Of a DNA stretch of 64,000 bases, positions 54,605 to 64,000 are shown piece by piece. How positions within the stretch are numbered: position 1 is the stretch's first letter; each line of letters begins with the position of its first letter. The DNA is from Thecamonas trahens ATCC 50062 (Eukaryota > Protista > Apusomonadida): contig NW_013657671.1 in the NCBI RefSeq assembly GCF_000142905.1, positions 310,001 through 374,000 of the forward strand, written 5' to 3'. The position numbers and the translations under genes are program-made. The notes under the pieces were generated by a model. It worked only from the letters and a program-made list of their open reading frames with translations, was not told where the DNA came from and did not search any database.

Positions 54605-56935
54605 ATGAGTAATGCGATGCCTTCGTGGTTCTTTACCCGCTGTGCGGAGAATCCCGGAGCAGGGTATGCCGTCGGCCTGCCGGCGGCAAACGTGGTGATG
54701 GCTGAATCGTACGCCATTGTGAGCGATGAGGTGCCTGACGATGTCACGACTCAAGTCGAGCTCAAGTTGGACCTGAAGATGTGTAACAATTGTGGCCGCC
54801 GGATGCCGAAGGAGGTGACAAGGAGCGAGAACTGGGCAGACGGCTTCTGCCGTGCCTACGACATGGTGTACTTTTGCCAGCCAGCGTGCAAGAGGTACTT
54901 TCTTGTTCCGGAGTGGAATCATGCTGAGCGCGGAAGTGAGAGCGCGGCAGCGAGCGGCCACCAAGCTCAAAGCCAGTACGGAATGCTTGCTTTGCCTGAC
55001 GAGCTCCTGGTCTACATCCTTGGCTCCCTGGATCCACAGGCGTTTGCGGCGCTGGCAGCAAGCTGCAAGAGGCTGTGGCGGATTGCCCACGATCGCCGTC
55101 TGCTGAGCAAGATGCTCCAGAAGAACATCTACGCGTGTAAGCTGATGGCCAGCGACACGAGGTTGCCTGATCGTGGAGCGATGAGCACGACGTGGCTGTA
55201 CATGATGGCGACGTCGGCAGAGGAGAGCACGGATCGACAGGACTTCTTCAACTGCGCGTGGGAACGCGGGTGGGTCCGGATTGCGGTCAAGACTGCGTGC
55301 AAGCTTGTGTCGGAGTTTCCCGGCTCGAGCGAGGAGCTGGGCCTCCTGTGGATGTCGTCGGACGAGATTGTGGCAGATGCCAAAGACGCGGTCTCTGCCG
55401 GCATGTTGGCGAGCCCGCTTGCGTGCGTTGAGGCCGAGGTGATTGCGGTGGTGCAGCGCGCGATGGTGCGCGGCGGCGAGCGCGCGCATCGCGGACGTGA
55501 GCTTATGGCTGCTTTGGCCCCGGGCAGCTCTCTTGTCCGGCGCGGAAGCTGGATTCTGCGCAGCGATGTGATGGCTGCGGTGGAAACTCGCTTCCCTCAC
55601 GCGACGTCGAGTGGCAAAGTCAGAAGCCTGGTGATCGAGTACCTGGACAACGGTGGCGAGTCCACCACTCCTGCGGATCTTGTGCGCAACTTTAGCCGGC
55701 AAGAAACCATGTTTGCACCGACTGCGGATGTCGACGAGTGGATTCCGATTCCGGCGCTGGCCGCAGCGCGCACAGCGGTGCGCAACGGGGAGGTGCTGGC
55801 ACCGCCGCTCACGCCGCGGCTGATCGGCGTGCTCTCGGCCACCAGCATCAACAAGGTGACGACGGCATGGCTCGACGCGCGAGTGACGAAAGCGACTACG
55901 AGCGAGGAGCTCGAGTCGATTGTGGCCGAAGCTTCGCGCTGGCCGAGCGTGATCGCGGCTGAGCGAGAGCTGGACGCCGCTGTCTACCGTTTCTGGTTCG
56001 TCACTGACAAGATTGTCCCCGTTGAGATGGCGGCGCTCAAGGCGGCAATGGCCAAGAGTGGCATTCCATCGTGGCGTCACAATGTTGCCGCCATGTTTCT
56101 CATGCCTGCGGCTGCTGACGGGACCGTCACCCCGCGCACACTCGACCATGGGGCGCATGCAGAGTCCGATGCGATAGCGGGCGCGATGGCGGCGGTGGTC
56201 AGCGCCCTGGTCCCGTTCAGCACCCGGCTGGACGAGCTCAGATCGCGGAGGATTGTGGCCAAGGACGTACAGCTGGACAACTCCAGCCACCACCTTGTCA
56301 CCGACTATGTGGTGAACGGCGACGAAGCGACTCTGGAGGAGCTAAAGCTCCTTCGCCGGCTCGACTGGGAGTTCTGGAAGCCGCGTGAGGATGAGATCTG
56401 GGAACGCTGCGGTGGATGGACAGGTGGCCTCAGCGTGCTGCGCCTGGCGTTCGAGTGGATGAAGCCAACGGCGTCGCAGGCCCAGCGGATTGCGTTTCTG
56501 AAGAAGGCAGCCGACTTTTGCCCTTCTCTTGCACGGCATCAAGACGACCTGCATGACTCGCGCAATATCCTGGATTTCCTCAACCAGGGCGTCGGATCGG
56601 CGATGTTTGACTTTGTCAAGACCAATGTGCCGGCCACCGACCACCCGAGCTTCCACACCCGTGTCTTCCGATGGATAGACAAAATGGACACCATTTGCTC
56701 ATGCACGGCCACGGCCTGTCGCGTGCACGGCACATACGATGTGCCCGTCTCGGTCTGCAACGCGGTGATTCGGATCTTCGCCGCGTCCAACTCGATCCCG
56801 GAGCTCTTCGAACGGCTCGGCGATACCTCGGCGTGGGACGTGGAGTCAAGGCCGTCCTCAAGCTCGAGCGATGAGGAGGGAGAGTATTCGAGCGATGAGG
56901 AGGAAGACGAGAAAGAGGATTCGAGTGATGAGTAA
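54605..56935 (+). CDS. F-box protein with an N-terminal MYND-like zinc finger
   Basis: CNNC...C...VYFCQPAC....W.H, then F-box LALPDELLVYILGSLDPQAFAALAASCKRLWRI. The C-terminal ~600 aa is unrecognised and ends in an acidic tail. Confidence 0.8.
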   Translation: MSNAMPSWFFTRCAENPGAGYAVGLPAANVVMAESYAIVSDEVPDDVTTQVELKLDLKMCNNCGRRMPKEVTRSENWADGFCRAYDMVYFCQPACKRYFLVPEWNHAERGSESAAASGHQAQSQYGMLALPDELLVYILGSLDPQAFAALAASCKRLWRIAHDRRLLSKMLQKNIYACKLMASDTRLPDRGAMSTTWLYMMATSAEESTDRQDFFNCAWERGWVRIAVKTACKLVSEFPGSSEELGLLWMSSDEIVADAKDAVSAGMLASPLACVEAEVIAVVQRAMVRGGERAHRGRELMAALAPGSSLVRRGSWILRSDVMAAVETRFPHATSSGKVRSLVIEYLDNGGESTTPADLVRNFSRQETMFAPTADVDEWIPIPALAAARTAVRNGEVLAPPLTPRLIGVLSATSINKVTTAWLDARVTKATTSEELESIVAEASRWPSVIAAERELDAAVYRFWFVTDKIVPVEMAALKAAMAKSGIPSWRHNVAAMFLMPAAADGTVTPRTLDHGAHAESDAIAGAMAAVVSALVPFSTRLDELRSRRIVAKDVQLDNSSHHLVTDYVVNGDEATLEELKLLRRLDWEFWKPREDEIWERCGGWTGGLSVLRLAFEWMKPTASQAQRIAFLKKAADFCPSLARHQDDLHDSRNILDFLNQGVGSAMFDFVKTNVPATDHPSFHTRVFRWIDKMDTICSCTATACRVHGTYDVPVSVCNAVIRIFAASNSIPELFERLGDTSAWDVESRPSSSSSDEEGEYSSDEEEDEKEDSSDE

Positions 56936-57288
56936 ATCCGGCCATGCTTGTGTGTGTGCGTGTGTGACGAAGCCCTGCAATGGGATGGTGAAGATGTGCA
57001 TCTGCGTGAGGACGTCGAAACCGTGACAAATTTCAGCGATCGTCCCTCGAGCAGGCTGTCTGTTGGGGCCGGAATCAAGTACGATATCTGTGATTCAGGC
57101 ATGTGATCAGGATCAAAGGAGTGTGGGCCAGTATGTAGTCTTGATTGAAGGGGAGGGGGTGATGTCGAAAGAGAAGAAGTGAGGGCGAGAGAAAGAGAGA
57201 GAGAGAGAAAGCGAGGAGAGAGAGAGAGAGCGCGAGGAAAGTGAGTTTCGCTCGGGCAAGAAGAAAGGCGGGCGTTGTGTTTGTGACC

Positions 57289-57332
57289 GAACGAACGAAC
57301 GAACGAACGAACGAACGAACGAATGAATGAAT
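57289..57332. repeat. Compound microsatellite (GAAC)8(GAAT)3
   Basis: Read directly. It lies upstream of HIBADH next to a GA-rich tract. Confidence 0.9.
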
Positions 57333-57474
57333 GATGGCCAGCCAGACCAGCTGAGAGGCTGAAGCACGAGTCGCGAGGTGAAGCCTCTGGCAGACCGGGT
57401 AGCCAAGCCCTTTGCAAGGGCAGACGAACGAGGGGATATCTCTCATACTTGCTTCCTCCTTTACTTTCACTATC

Positions 57475-58667
57475 ATGCTCCGTTCTCTTGCCACTCCTGT
57501 TGCCGCAGCTGCTGCTGCCGTAAGGACTGCCGCTAGCGCAGCTGCCTTTTCCTCAGAGGTGGTACGTGTGGAGGGAGGAGGGGAAAGGGGCGGGCCGGGG
57601 GGGGGGGGAGGGGGGGAAGAGGGGATGGGGATGGGGATGACTCATGGATGATATGGTCGGTTGGTGGCGGTGTGGACGGGCGTATGGATGGGGGGTTGGT
57701 ACTCACGGATGGGTCTGTGTCGGTCTTGTTGGGGTGGCGGACGGGTGGCTGGGGATAGACCGTGGGCTTCATCGGCCTCGGCAACATGGGTGCCCATATG
57801 GCGACGAACCTGTCCAAGGCTGGCCACCCGCTGGTGGTGTACGATGTGTTCCCTGAGGCTGCCACGCGGCTGGCAGCGGAGGCGCCGAGCAACGTGGTGG
57901 TGGCGGGCTCGCCGGCCGACGTCGGCGCGTCCAAGGCCGAGGTCATTGTGACCATGCTGCCGTCGTCGCCGCACGTCGAGTCGGTGTACAACGGGCCCGA
58001 CGGCGTGTTTGCCGGGGCGGGCGACGCGTCGAAGTTCTGCATTGATGCGTCGACGATCTCGCCGCCTGTGGCTGCCGCCGTGGCCGAGTCGGCCAAGTCC
58101 AAGGGCCACGTCCTCATCGACGCGCCGGTCTCGGGTGGCACCATCGGGGCCGAGAACGCGACGCTGACGTTTATGGTTGGGGCCGAGAAGGCCGAGTTTG
58201 AGCAGGCGCGGGCGGTGCTTGGCCGGATGGGCCAGAACATTGTCCACTGCGGCTCGCACTCGACCGGCCAGGTCGCCAAGGTTGCCAACAACCTCGTTCT
58301 CGGCATTTCCATGATCGCGGTCAACGAGGCCATGAACCTTGGCGTCAAGTCGGGCATGGACCCCAAGGTCCTTGCCGGTATTTTCAACACCTCGTCGGCC
58401 CGCTGCTGGTCGTCGGACACGTACAACCCGTGCCCGGGGGCCATGGATGGTGTCCCGGCCGCGCGCGGCTTCACTGGCGGATTTGCCGCCCCGCTCATGG
58501 CCAAGGACCTCTCGCTCGCCATCGAGGCCGCCAACGCCATCAACGCCCCGCTCAACCTCGGCTCCTCTGCCCATGCTCTCTACCGGCTCATGTGCACCAA
58601 CGGCATGTCGGACCTCGACTTTTCTGGCTACTGGCAGATGCTCCAGGACAAGCCCTCGTCCAAGTGA
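57475..58667 (+). CDS. HIBADH: 3-hydroxyisobutyrate dehydrogenase, mitochondrial
   Basis: Presequence exon 57475..57561 and intron GTACGT 57562..57758 TAG. Motifs GFIGLGNMG, DAPVSGG, GQVAKVANN and SSARCWSSDTYNPCPG. Confidence 0.95.
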
Positions 58668-58908
58668 ACGATCTCCCGCACGAATCCCTCTCCGACCACC
58701 TTGTACCCAATCACCGTCCGCCTGATCACCTTTCACCCGGTCACCCGCCCGTCACCGTCCCACGCCGCTCTTAACGTGGTTGGCGGTGTGTGGCCAACAA
58801 CCAAACTCGCGCAAGATCCTCACCTCACCCTCTAGCCCCCTACCACCACACCACCTCACCCTCCCCCCCTCCCCCCCCCCCCCCCCCCCCACCCCCGCCC
58901 ACCCACCC

Positions 58909-59445
58909 ATGCCGTTCAGCCCAGGACGTATTCCCAGCACACCACGGCACCCGTCTTCAGGGGCCCTGCGCCCGCCGCCGGGCCTCTCTGCGGTGCTCTC
59001 GCCTGCGGTGGCGGCGGCTCTGGAGAGCTCTGCGGCGGCGCCGCGAGCGTCTGCCCACGAGAAGAAGGCCTGGGAGCTGGCCATGTCTCCGGTCAAGGGG
59101 TTCTTCATGACGGGCTTTATGCTGTGGATGTCTGGCTCGTCGGTTGGCATCTTCTCCATGATGATGACGTACATGGCTCTCTCGGCGCCCGTCTCCGCCA
59201 TGATGAACGTCTCGAACGTGTTCAAGGGCCTCGCCAAGGCCGCCAAGCTGACTACCGGCAAGGAGCCGTCGTTCCTCCTGCAGAAGATTGCCTACCTCCT
59301 CCTCCAGTGCGTCGCCCTCGCTCTCGGCCTGTGGAAGCTCAAGTCGCTCGGCCTCCTGCCCACAAAGCTCTCCGATCTCTTTGGCCACATGAACGTCCGT
59401 CATCCGCTCCATCTCGTCATCCCGGCCGATCTGCCTGCGCTCTAG
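58909..59445 (+). CDS. EMC4: ER membrane protein complex subunit 4
   Basis: KKAWELAMSP.K...MTGFMLWMSGSSVGIFSMMM and LGLWKLKSLGLLPT..SD. Confidence 0.9.
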   Translation: MPFSPGRIPSTPRHPSSGALRPPPGLSAVLSPAVAAALESSAAAPRASAHEKKAWELAMSPVKGFFMTGFMLWMSGSSVGIFSMMMTYMALSAPVSAMMNVSNVFKGLAKAAKLTTGKEPSFLLQKIAYLLLQCVALALGLWKLKSLGLLPTKLSDLFGHMNVRHPLHLVIPADLPAL

Positions 59446-60078
59446 TCCTCGTTGCCGTTGTCCCTGCTCTCCTTGTCGACCACCCGCGTCCTACATTACC
59501 ACAGCTGTGACTGTGACCGTGTCTGTGGGACGACGTGATGAGAGAGAGCGAGCGAGCGAGAAGGAAGGGGGTTGAGGCTGATGTTTCTTATGGTCTCCCC
59601 CTCTCTCTTCCTCCCTCTTCCTCTCATCCATGCCGCTCTTCCCGCTAGCCGATCTTGATCAAAGCCTTTCTTCGCACCCCCCCCCCCTANNNNNNNNNNN
59701 NNNNNNNNNNNNNNNNNNNNNNNNNNNNNNNNNNNNNNNNNNNNNNNNNNNNNNNNNNNNNNNNNNNNNNNNNNNNNNNNNNNNNNNNNNNNNNNNNNNN
59801 NNNNNNNNNNNNNNNNNNNNNNNNNNNNNNNNNNNNNNNNNNNNNNNNNNNCAGGAAGTCCGCGTCCCCTCCTCCCGCCCCCCCCCTCTCCCTCTCTCTC
59901 CCTCCGATCTCACTCCCATCCATCATTCCATCCTGGGTCACCACCAGGAGGGGACACCAATGACCAGCCACCGCAACCACCTCTCCCCCCACCCCACTCT
60001 CCACACCCCTCAACCCCTCAACCCTTCCCATACTCCGCAACACCGCCCACACATCCTCATCCACTCACCCTATCCACC

Positions 60079-61508
60079 ATGGTACGCCCGTCCCTCTTCC
60101 TCCCCCTTCCCCCCCCCCTCGCCCTTCCCCCCCCTCCCCCTCCCCTTAGGCCATACTCACCCCCTTTCCGCAGAAGGTGAAGATGATCTCGCGGGACGAG
60201 GTGGCGATGACACGGGAGCGCTCGACAGATCTCAACAAGGTCCATCGCAACACGGCTCTGCGTGGCTTTGAGCGACAGACCGAGGTGAAGCGGGCGGTGA
60301 ACGCAGCCAAGCTCAACCGAGTCTTTGCCAAGCCGTTTGTGGGCCAGCTCAGTGGTCACATGGATACAGTGACGTCGATGATGGCGTCGCCGCGGTCGCT
60401 AGATACCTTCTTGACAGGATCAGGCGATGGCGAAGTCCGCGTGTGGTCGCTCTCGCGCAAGGCCACCCTGTGGTCCATTCCCATGGCCCACACTTCGTTT
60501 GTCACCGGGCTGGTGGTCTCGCCCAACGGTGAGACGTTCTTCACGGCGTCGGATGATCGGTCGATCAAGCAGTGGCGGCTGGACATGGGCAACATGTGGG
60601 CCGAGGATGTGGACACGCCGATCGAGTCGTGGGCATCCGAGTACGCCCTCGAGTCGCTCTCCATGCACGCGTCACGCTACGTGCTCGCCACTGGCTCGCG
60701 GCAGGTCGACGTGTGGGACGTGGCGAGGGCTACGCCTGTCCACACCATGGCCTTTTCAGACGACACCATCTCGTCTGTTGCCTTCAACCAGGTCGAGACC
60801 GAGATCATTGCGGCGGCATCGTCGGACCGCTCGCTCTCGTTCTACGATATTCGCACCGAGTCTGCTCTCCGCAAGGTCGAGCTCGGCAACCTCATCAACG
60901 ACGTGGCCTGGAACCCGCGCGAGGCGTTCAACATCACCATTGCGTCGGACGACCATAACCTCTACACCTTTGACATGCGGAAGCTCGATCGGGCACTCAG
61001 CGTTCACAAGGACCATGTCTCGGCCGTCATGTCGGTCGCCTACTCGCCCACCGGCCGCTCGTTTGTCTCGGGCTCGTATGACCGCTCCATCCGCCTCTGG
61101 AACATCTCCAAGGGCCACTCGCACGAGTGCTACCACACCGAGCGCATGCAGCGCGTACTCAAGGTCGCCTACTCCTCCGACGCTCGCTACGTCCTCTCGG
61201 GTTCGGACGACACCGGCGTCCGCATCTGGAAGTCGGACGCGTCGGCGACAACAGGCATCCAGCACCCGCGCGCCAAGGCCCGCGCTCGCTACGAGGCTGC
61301 CCTCCTCAAGCGCTACGAGCACGTTCCGGCCGTGGCCAAGATCCACAAGCAGCGCTTCCAGCCGCGCTCCATCTTCAAGGCCCGCAAGCTCCGCCACGTC
61401 ATGCGCCTCGCCGAGATCCGCCGCGATGGCCGCCGTCGTGCTCACACCCGAAACCCTGCACCTAAGATCGACTCCCGGACTGCCGCCGTCCGCCGTCTCC
61501 ACGATTGA
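60079..61508 (+). CDS. DCAF13: SOF1/DCAF13 WD40 U3 snoRNP protein
   Basis: An ATG-only first exon (60079-60081) and intron 60082..60173 give MKVKMISR. Motifs RAVNAAKLNRVFAKPF, WNPREAF, YHTERMQRV and a Sof1-type tail. Confidence 0.95.
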
Positions 61509-61602
61509 ACGTCCTCGTCCGCACCCCCCTTTTTCTCTGCCGAACACCGAACGCAGCCACTCGACGCCACCCTTCCCTACTTCCACCCCTGCACCTCCTC
61601 TC

Positions 61603-62739
61603 ATGGACGAGGCCCACGGCCACGCTCGTCGAGCAGAACGGCTAGCCCAACTCGGGGCGTATGACGATGCCGCCGAGGTCCATACTGCTGCGGCTGAAGC
61701 GTATGCGGCCTGCGCGTCTGCGGCCGCCGGCCATGGCCCCACCGCTGCTGCCTGCGCCGCCCTTGCTGACCACCACACTGCGGCTGCTGCTGACGCCATC
61801 ACCCGTGCTACGACTTCCCGCGCCCGCGCTGCTGCCCGCGCAGAGGCTGCGGCTGCGGCTGCGGCTGCGGCTGCTCGAGCTCCGTCGTCACACGAGCTCC
61901 CGGCGGGAGACGGCGGCCGCGATCACGACTCGCCGGCACCGTCACCCTCGGGTGGCGGCGCTCCTCGTGACGATTGGGAGACGTCGTCGTCGGACGAAGA
62001 TGACGCGGTTGTTGCCCAACGGCGGATCGCCGAGGCGCTGGCTCGTGGAGAGTCCGGCCCGGCGGTCGAGGCCGCCATCAACAGCTTCTGGGGCGCCATG
62101 GAGGCCATGGTCGAGAACCTGAGCCTGCCGTCGTTTCTGGGCGGTGGCGGCAGCGGGCTGGGCCCGGCAACGAGCTCGCCGGCCGAGGGCGACGACCTTA
62201 TGGGCACCTCGTTCTTTATGGTTCCCGACCCGTCCGAGGCCCGGTCCAAGGACGACGAGATCCGGCGCCTCCGCCGCGAGATGCGGGCCATCATCGACGA
62301 AGGCCGTAGCTTCCAGCTCAAGTCGCGGCAGCTTGCCGACGAGAACGCGCGGCTCAAAGCTGCCATTGCCACCTTCCAGTCGGACCTGCGCCGCAAGGCC
62401 CGCGTCCTCCGCCAGGACTTGGCGGCCTCGGTCTCGTCGCTCGTCGAGCTCCACTCGTCGCAGCTTGCCGAAGACATGATGAGCCAGTCAGCAGTTCTGC
62501 GCCACTCGGTCGCGCCACCACCGCGGCCGCGCTCTGGCTCTGGCTCACCGGACGGCGCGGCTTCTGACGAGGCTGCTGCCGCGGCTGCCGAGACTGAGAA
62601 GCTCAAGGCTGCACTGTTGCGCCAGAGCCTTGTCATCGCCGGCCTCCGCGACAAGGTCGCCAAGTACGACGCCAGGTGGGCCAAGCTCAAGGCCGAGGCT
62701 AAGAAGCGCCGGCGGAGCAAAGACTCTGCCGCGTCCTGA
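61603..62739 (+). CDS. NRBF2: NRBF2/Atg38-like protein (MIT-like N-terminus plus coiled coil)
   Basis: AHGHARRAERLAQLGAYDDAAEVHTAAAEAY resembles the NRBF2 MIT domain. Also FW..ME..VENLS, SFFMVP and a C-terminal KYDARWAKLKAEAKKRR. Confidence 0.6.
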   Translation: MDEAHGHARRAERLAQLGAYDDAAEVHTAAAEAYAACASAAAGHGPTAAACAALADHHTAAAADAITRATTSRARAAARAEAAAAAAAAAARAPSSHELPAGDGGRDHDSPAPSPSGGGAPRDDWETSSSDEDDAVVAQRRIAEALARGESGPAVEAAINSFWGAMEAMVENLSLPSFLGGGGSGLGPATSSPAEGDDLMGTSFFMVPDPSEARSKDDEIRRLRREMRAIIDEGRSFQLKSRQLADENARLKAAIATFQSDLRRKARVLRQDLAASVSSLVELHSSQLAEDMMSQSAVLRHSVAPPPRPRSGSGSPDGAASDEAAAAAAETEKLKAALLRQSLVIAGLRDKVAKYDARWAKLKAEAKKRRRSKDSAAS

Positions 62740-62752
62740 CGCTCAACACTGT

Positions 62753-63928
62753 TTACTTGAGTGGGTGATGGCGCTTGGTGGCACCTGCGCCTACCTTCAT
62801 CGCCTCCTCCTCGCGCGCAACGCTCTCACTTGCGCCCGCCTCCTCTCCGCCAGTGCTAGCACTTGCCCGCAGCCGCTTGTTGCCGCGCTTGGGTGAGGTG
62901 CCCGGCGGCGGCTCATCGGGTGGCTCGGACCGGATGCCCTGGACGGTGACGGCAAACCGCGCCGAGCCCTGCGAGTGCGATGGCGACTTGAAGAGCAACG
63001 CCAGACGCGCGCCGTTGTCCCAAAACAGGTTGACACGGACGGTGGCGGCATGACCCCACGACTCGCCGAGCGCTGGCGCTAGGTACGCATGGCCCTGGGA
63101 GATGCCGCGGGTCGTCACCTGGTTCATCAGTACCACCGCGAGTCCGGCTTTCTCCGCCAGCAGTGTCAGCGACTGCGCCATCCCGTTGAGCACCCGTGTT
63201 CGCACACCCATGTTGGCAAAGTCGTGCCGAAAGTGAAAAGCAACCGAGTCGATGACCACCAGCCGCACGTTGCCCAGCTCCTCCACAATGCCCGGCAGCA
63301 GGTTGATGAGAGCAATTTGCTCCACGTACGAGTGAACCCGATAGTAGGCGATAGAGCTGAGGACAGACTCAAGACTGAGCCCGTGGGCCACCCCATCGGC
63401 CGCCGCCTGCGCGTCGAGATGGCTCACCACCGCAGACGCAATCTCCACCGCCCGCTCCACCACAAACGAACCCTCTGTGTCGATGTAGATCGCGCTCCCG
63501 CCGGCGCCGCCAAAGGCCTCGGGAATCTGCACATCCACCGCGAGCTGCATCCCGAGCTGCGTCTTGCCGATGCCCGGCGCGCCCGTAAACTCGGTCACCT
63601 TGCCCAGCGGCACCCCGCCGCCGAGCATCTCATCCACCTCGGCGCAGAACGTGATGATCGGCACTTGCTGCCGCTCTTCTAGCAGCAACGCGTACGCCGA
63701 CCGACCGACCTCTTCCGCCCCACTTTCCTGCGCCGTTCCGCCTCCTACCAGCGCCGCTAGCGACACCGCCGCGCTCCTGCCGCTGCCTGCTCCCTCGCCC
63801 TTGCCGCGCACCGCCCTCAGCACGTCCAGCGCCTGCCGCCGCGTGATCCCTGCAGCCTCAGAGAGCGCCACGGCACCCACTCCACCCACATCGTCGGTGG
63901 TGTGAAAGCCAGCCCTACTCAACGCGCC
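62753..63928 (-). CDS. RAD51C: RAD51 paralog C (5' exon outside the window)
   Basis: IITFCAEVDEMLGGG, Walker A GAPGIGKTQLGMQLAVDVQIP..FGG..IYIDTEGSF, VIDSVAFHFRHD and PALGESWGHAAT. A CAG acceptor ends at 63929. Confidence 0.93.
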   Translation of the reverse strand, partial: GALSRAGFHTTDDVGGVGAVALSEAAGITRRQALDVLRAVRGKGEGAGSGRSAAVSLAALVGGGTAQESGAEEVGRSAYALLLEERQQVPIITFCAEVDEMLGGGVPLGKVTEFTGAPGIGKTQLGMQLAVDVQIPEAFGGAGGSAIYIDTEGSFVVERAVEIASAVVSHLDAQAAADGVAHGLSLESVLSSIAYYRVHSYVEQIALINLLPGIVEELGNVRLVVIDSVAFHFRHDFANMGVRTRVLNGMAQSLTLLAEKAGLAVVLMNQVTTRGISQGHAYLAPALGESWGHAATVRVNLFWDNGARLALLFKSPSHSQGSARFAVTVQGIRSEPPDEPPPGTSPKRGNKRLRASASTGGEEAGASESVAREEEAMKVGAGATKRHHPLK

Positions 63929-63952
63929 CTGCTCTCATTGCGTGAGTTGCAC

Positions 63953-63986
63953 AAAAAGGTCGTAGTTTGGAAAAAGGTCGTAGTTT
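63953..63986. repeat. Direct repeat AAAAAGGTCGTAGTTT x2 with a GG spacer
   Basis: Two identical 16-mers at 63953-63968 and 63971-63986, in the inferred RAD51C intron. Confidence 0.85.
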
Positions 63987-64000
63987 CCACGCCGTCGTTC

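Noticed and set aside
33240-56935. GT60 + JmjC + F-box genes considered as a Skp1 hydroxylation/glycosylation cluster
   Set aside because: The genes are far apart and interspersed with unrelated housekeeping genes. The GT60 has a secretory anchor, and the JmjC protein is not a PhyA-type prolyl hydroxylase.
57180-57335. Repeats considered as a CRISPR-like or telomeric array
   Set aside because: These are simple GA and GAAC/GAAT microsatellites with no spacers.
60427-61602. 5' half of the 770-aa ORF, suggesting a DCAF13-NRBF2 overlap or fusion
   Set aside because: It is an alternative frame of DCAF13 that lacks stops. The downstream gene plausibly starts at ATG 61603.

Overview
Gene-dense, GC-rich, intron-poor eukaryotic nuclear DNA from a flagellated protist: it carries the axonemal genes DRC2/CCDC65 and CCDC148 and has GT-AG introns full of poly-C/poly-G tracts. 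The style resembles an apusomonad such as Thecamonas (inference, not verified). About 34 protein-coding genes are recognisable by eye: RPB2, beta-adaptin, a secreted nucleoside hydrolase, a Myt1/Wee1 kinase, CCDC148, an LRR protein, a PDRG1-like prefoldin, RasGAP, tetraspanin, an ankyrin-patatin iPLA2, a GT60 GlcNAc transferase, DRC2, USE1, kinesin-14, an FHA-FHA-FN3 protein, MetAP1, an MCTP-like C2 protein, a bromodomain/HARE-HTH/PHD reader, VIT1, a JmjC protein, S1P lyase, a MYND/F-box protein, HIBADH, EMC4, DCAF13, an NRBF2/Atg38-like protein and RAD51C. There are six assembly gaps. Main observations: (1) a spliced 60-aa ATP synthase subunit e gene missing from the ORF track; (2) a MITE-like element with TA-flanked inverted repeats in front of an atypical MYND-F-box gene; (3) a Bromo-(KGS)7-HARE-HTH-PHD architecture; (4) a ZZ-like zinc finger inserted in an LRR solenoid; (5) palindromic E2F-type sites; (6) two single-base frameshifts, probably homopolymer errors; (7) very tight tail-to-tail packing, including a shared TTAA stop. 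No CRISPR array, rRNA, tRNA or operon-like novel system could be supported. All family assignments come from motif recognition, not database searches.
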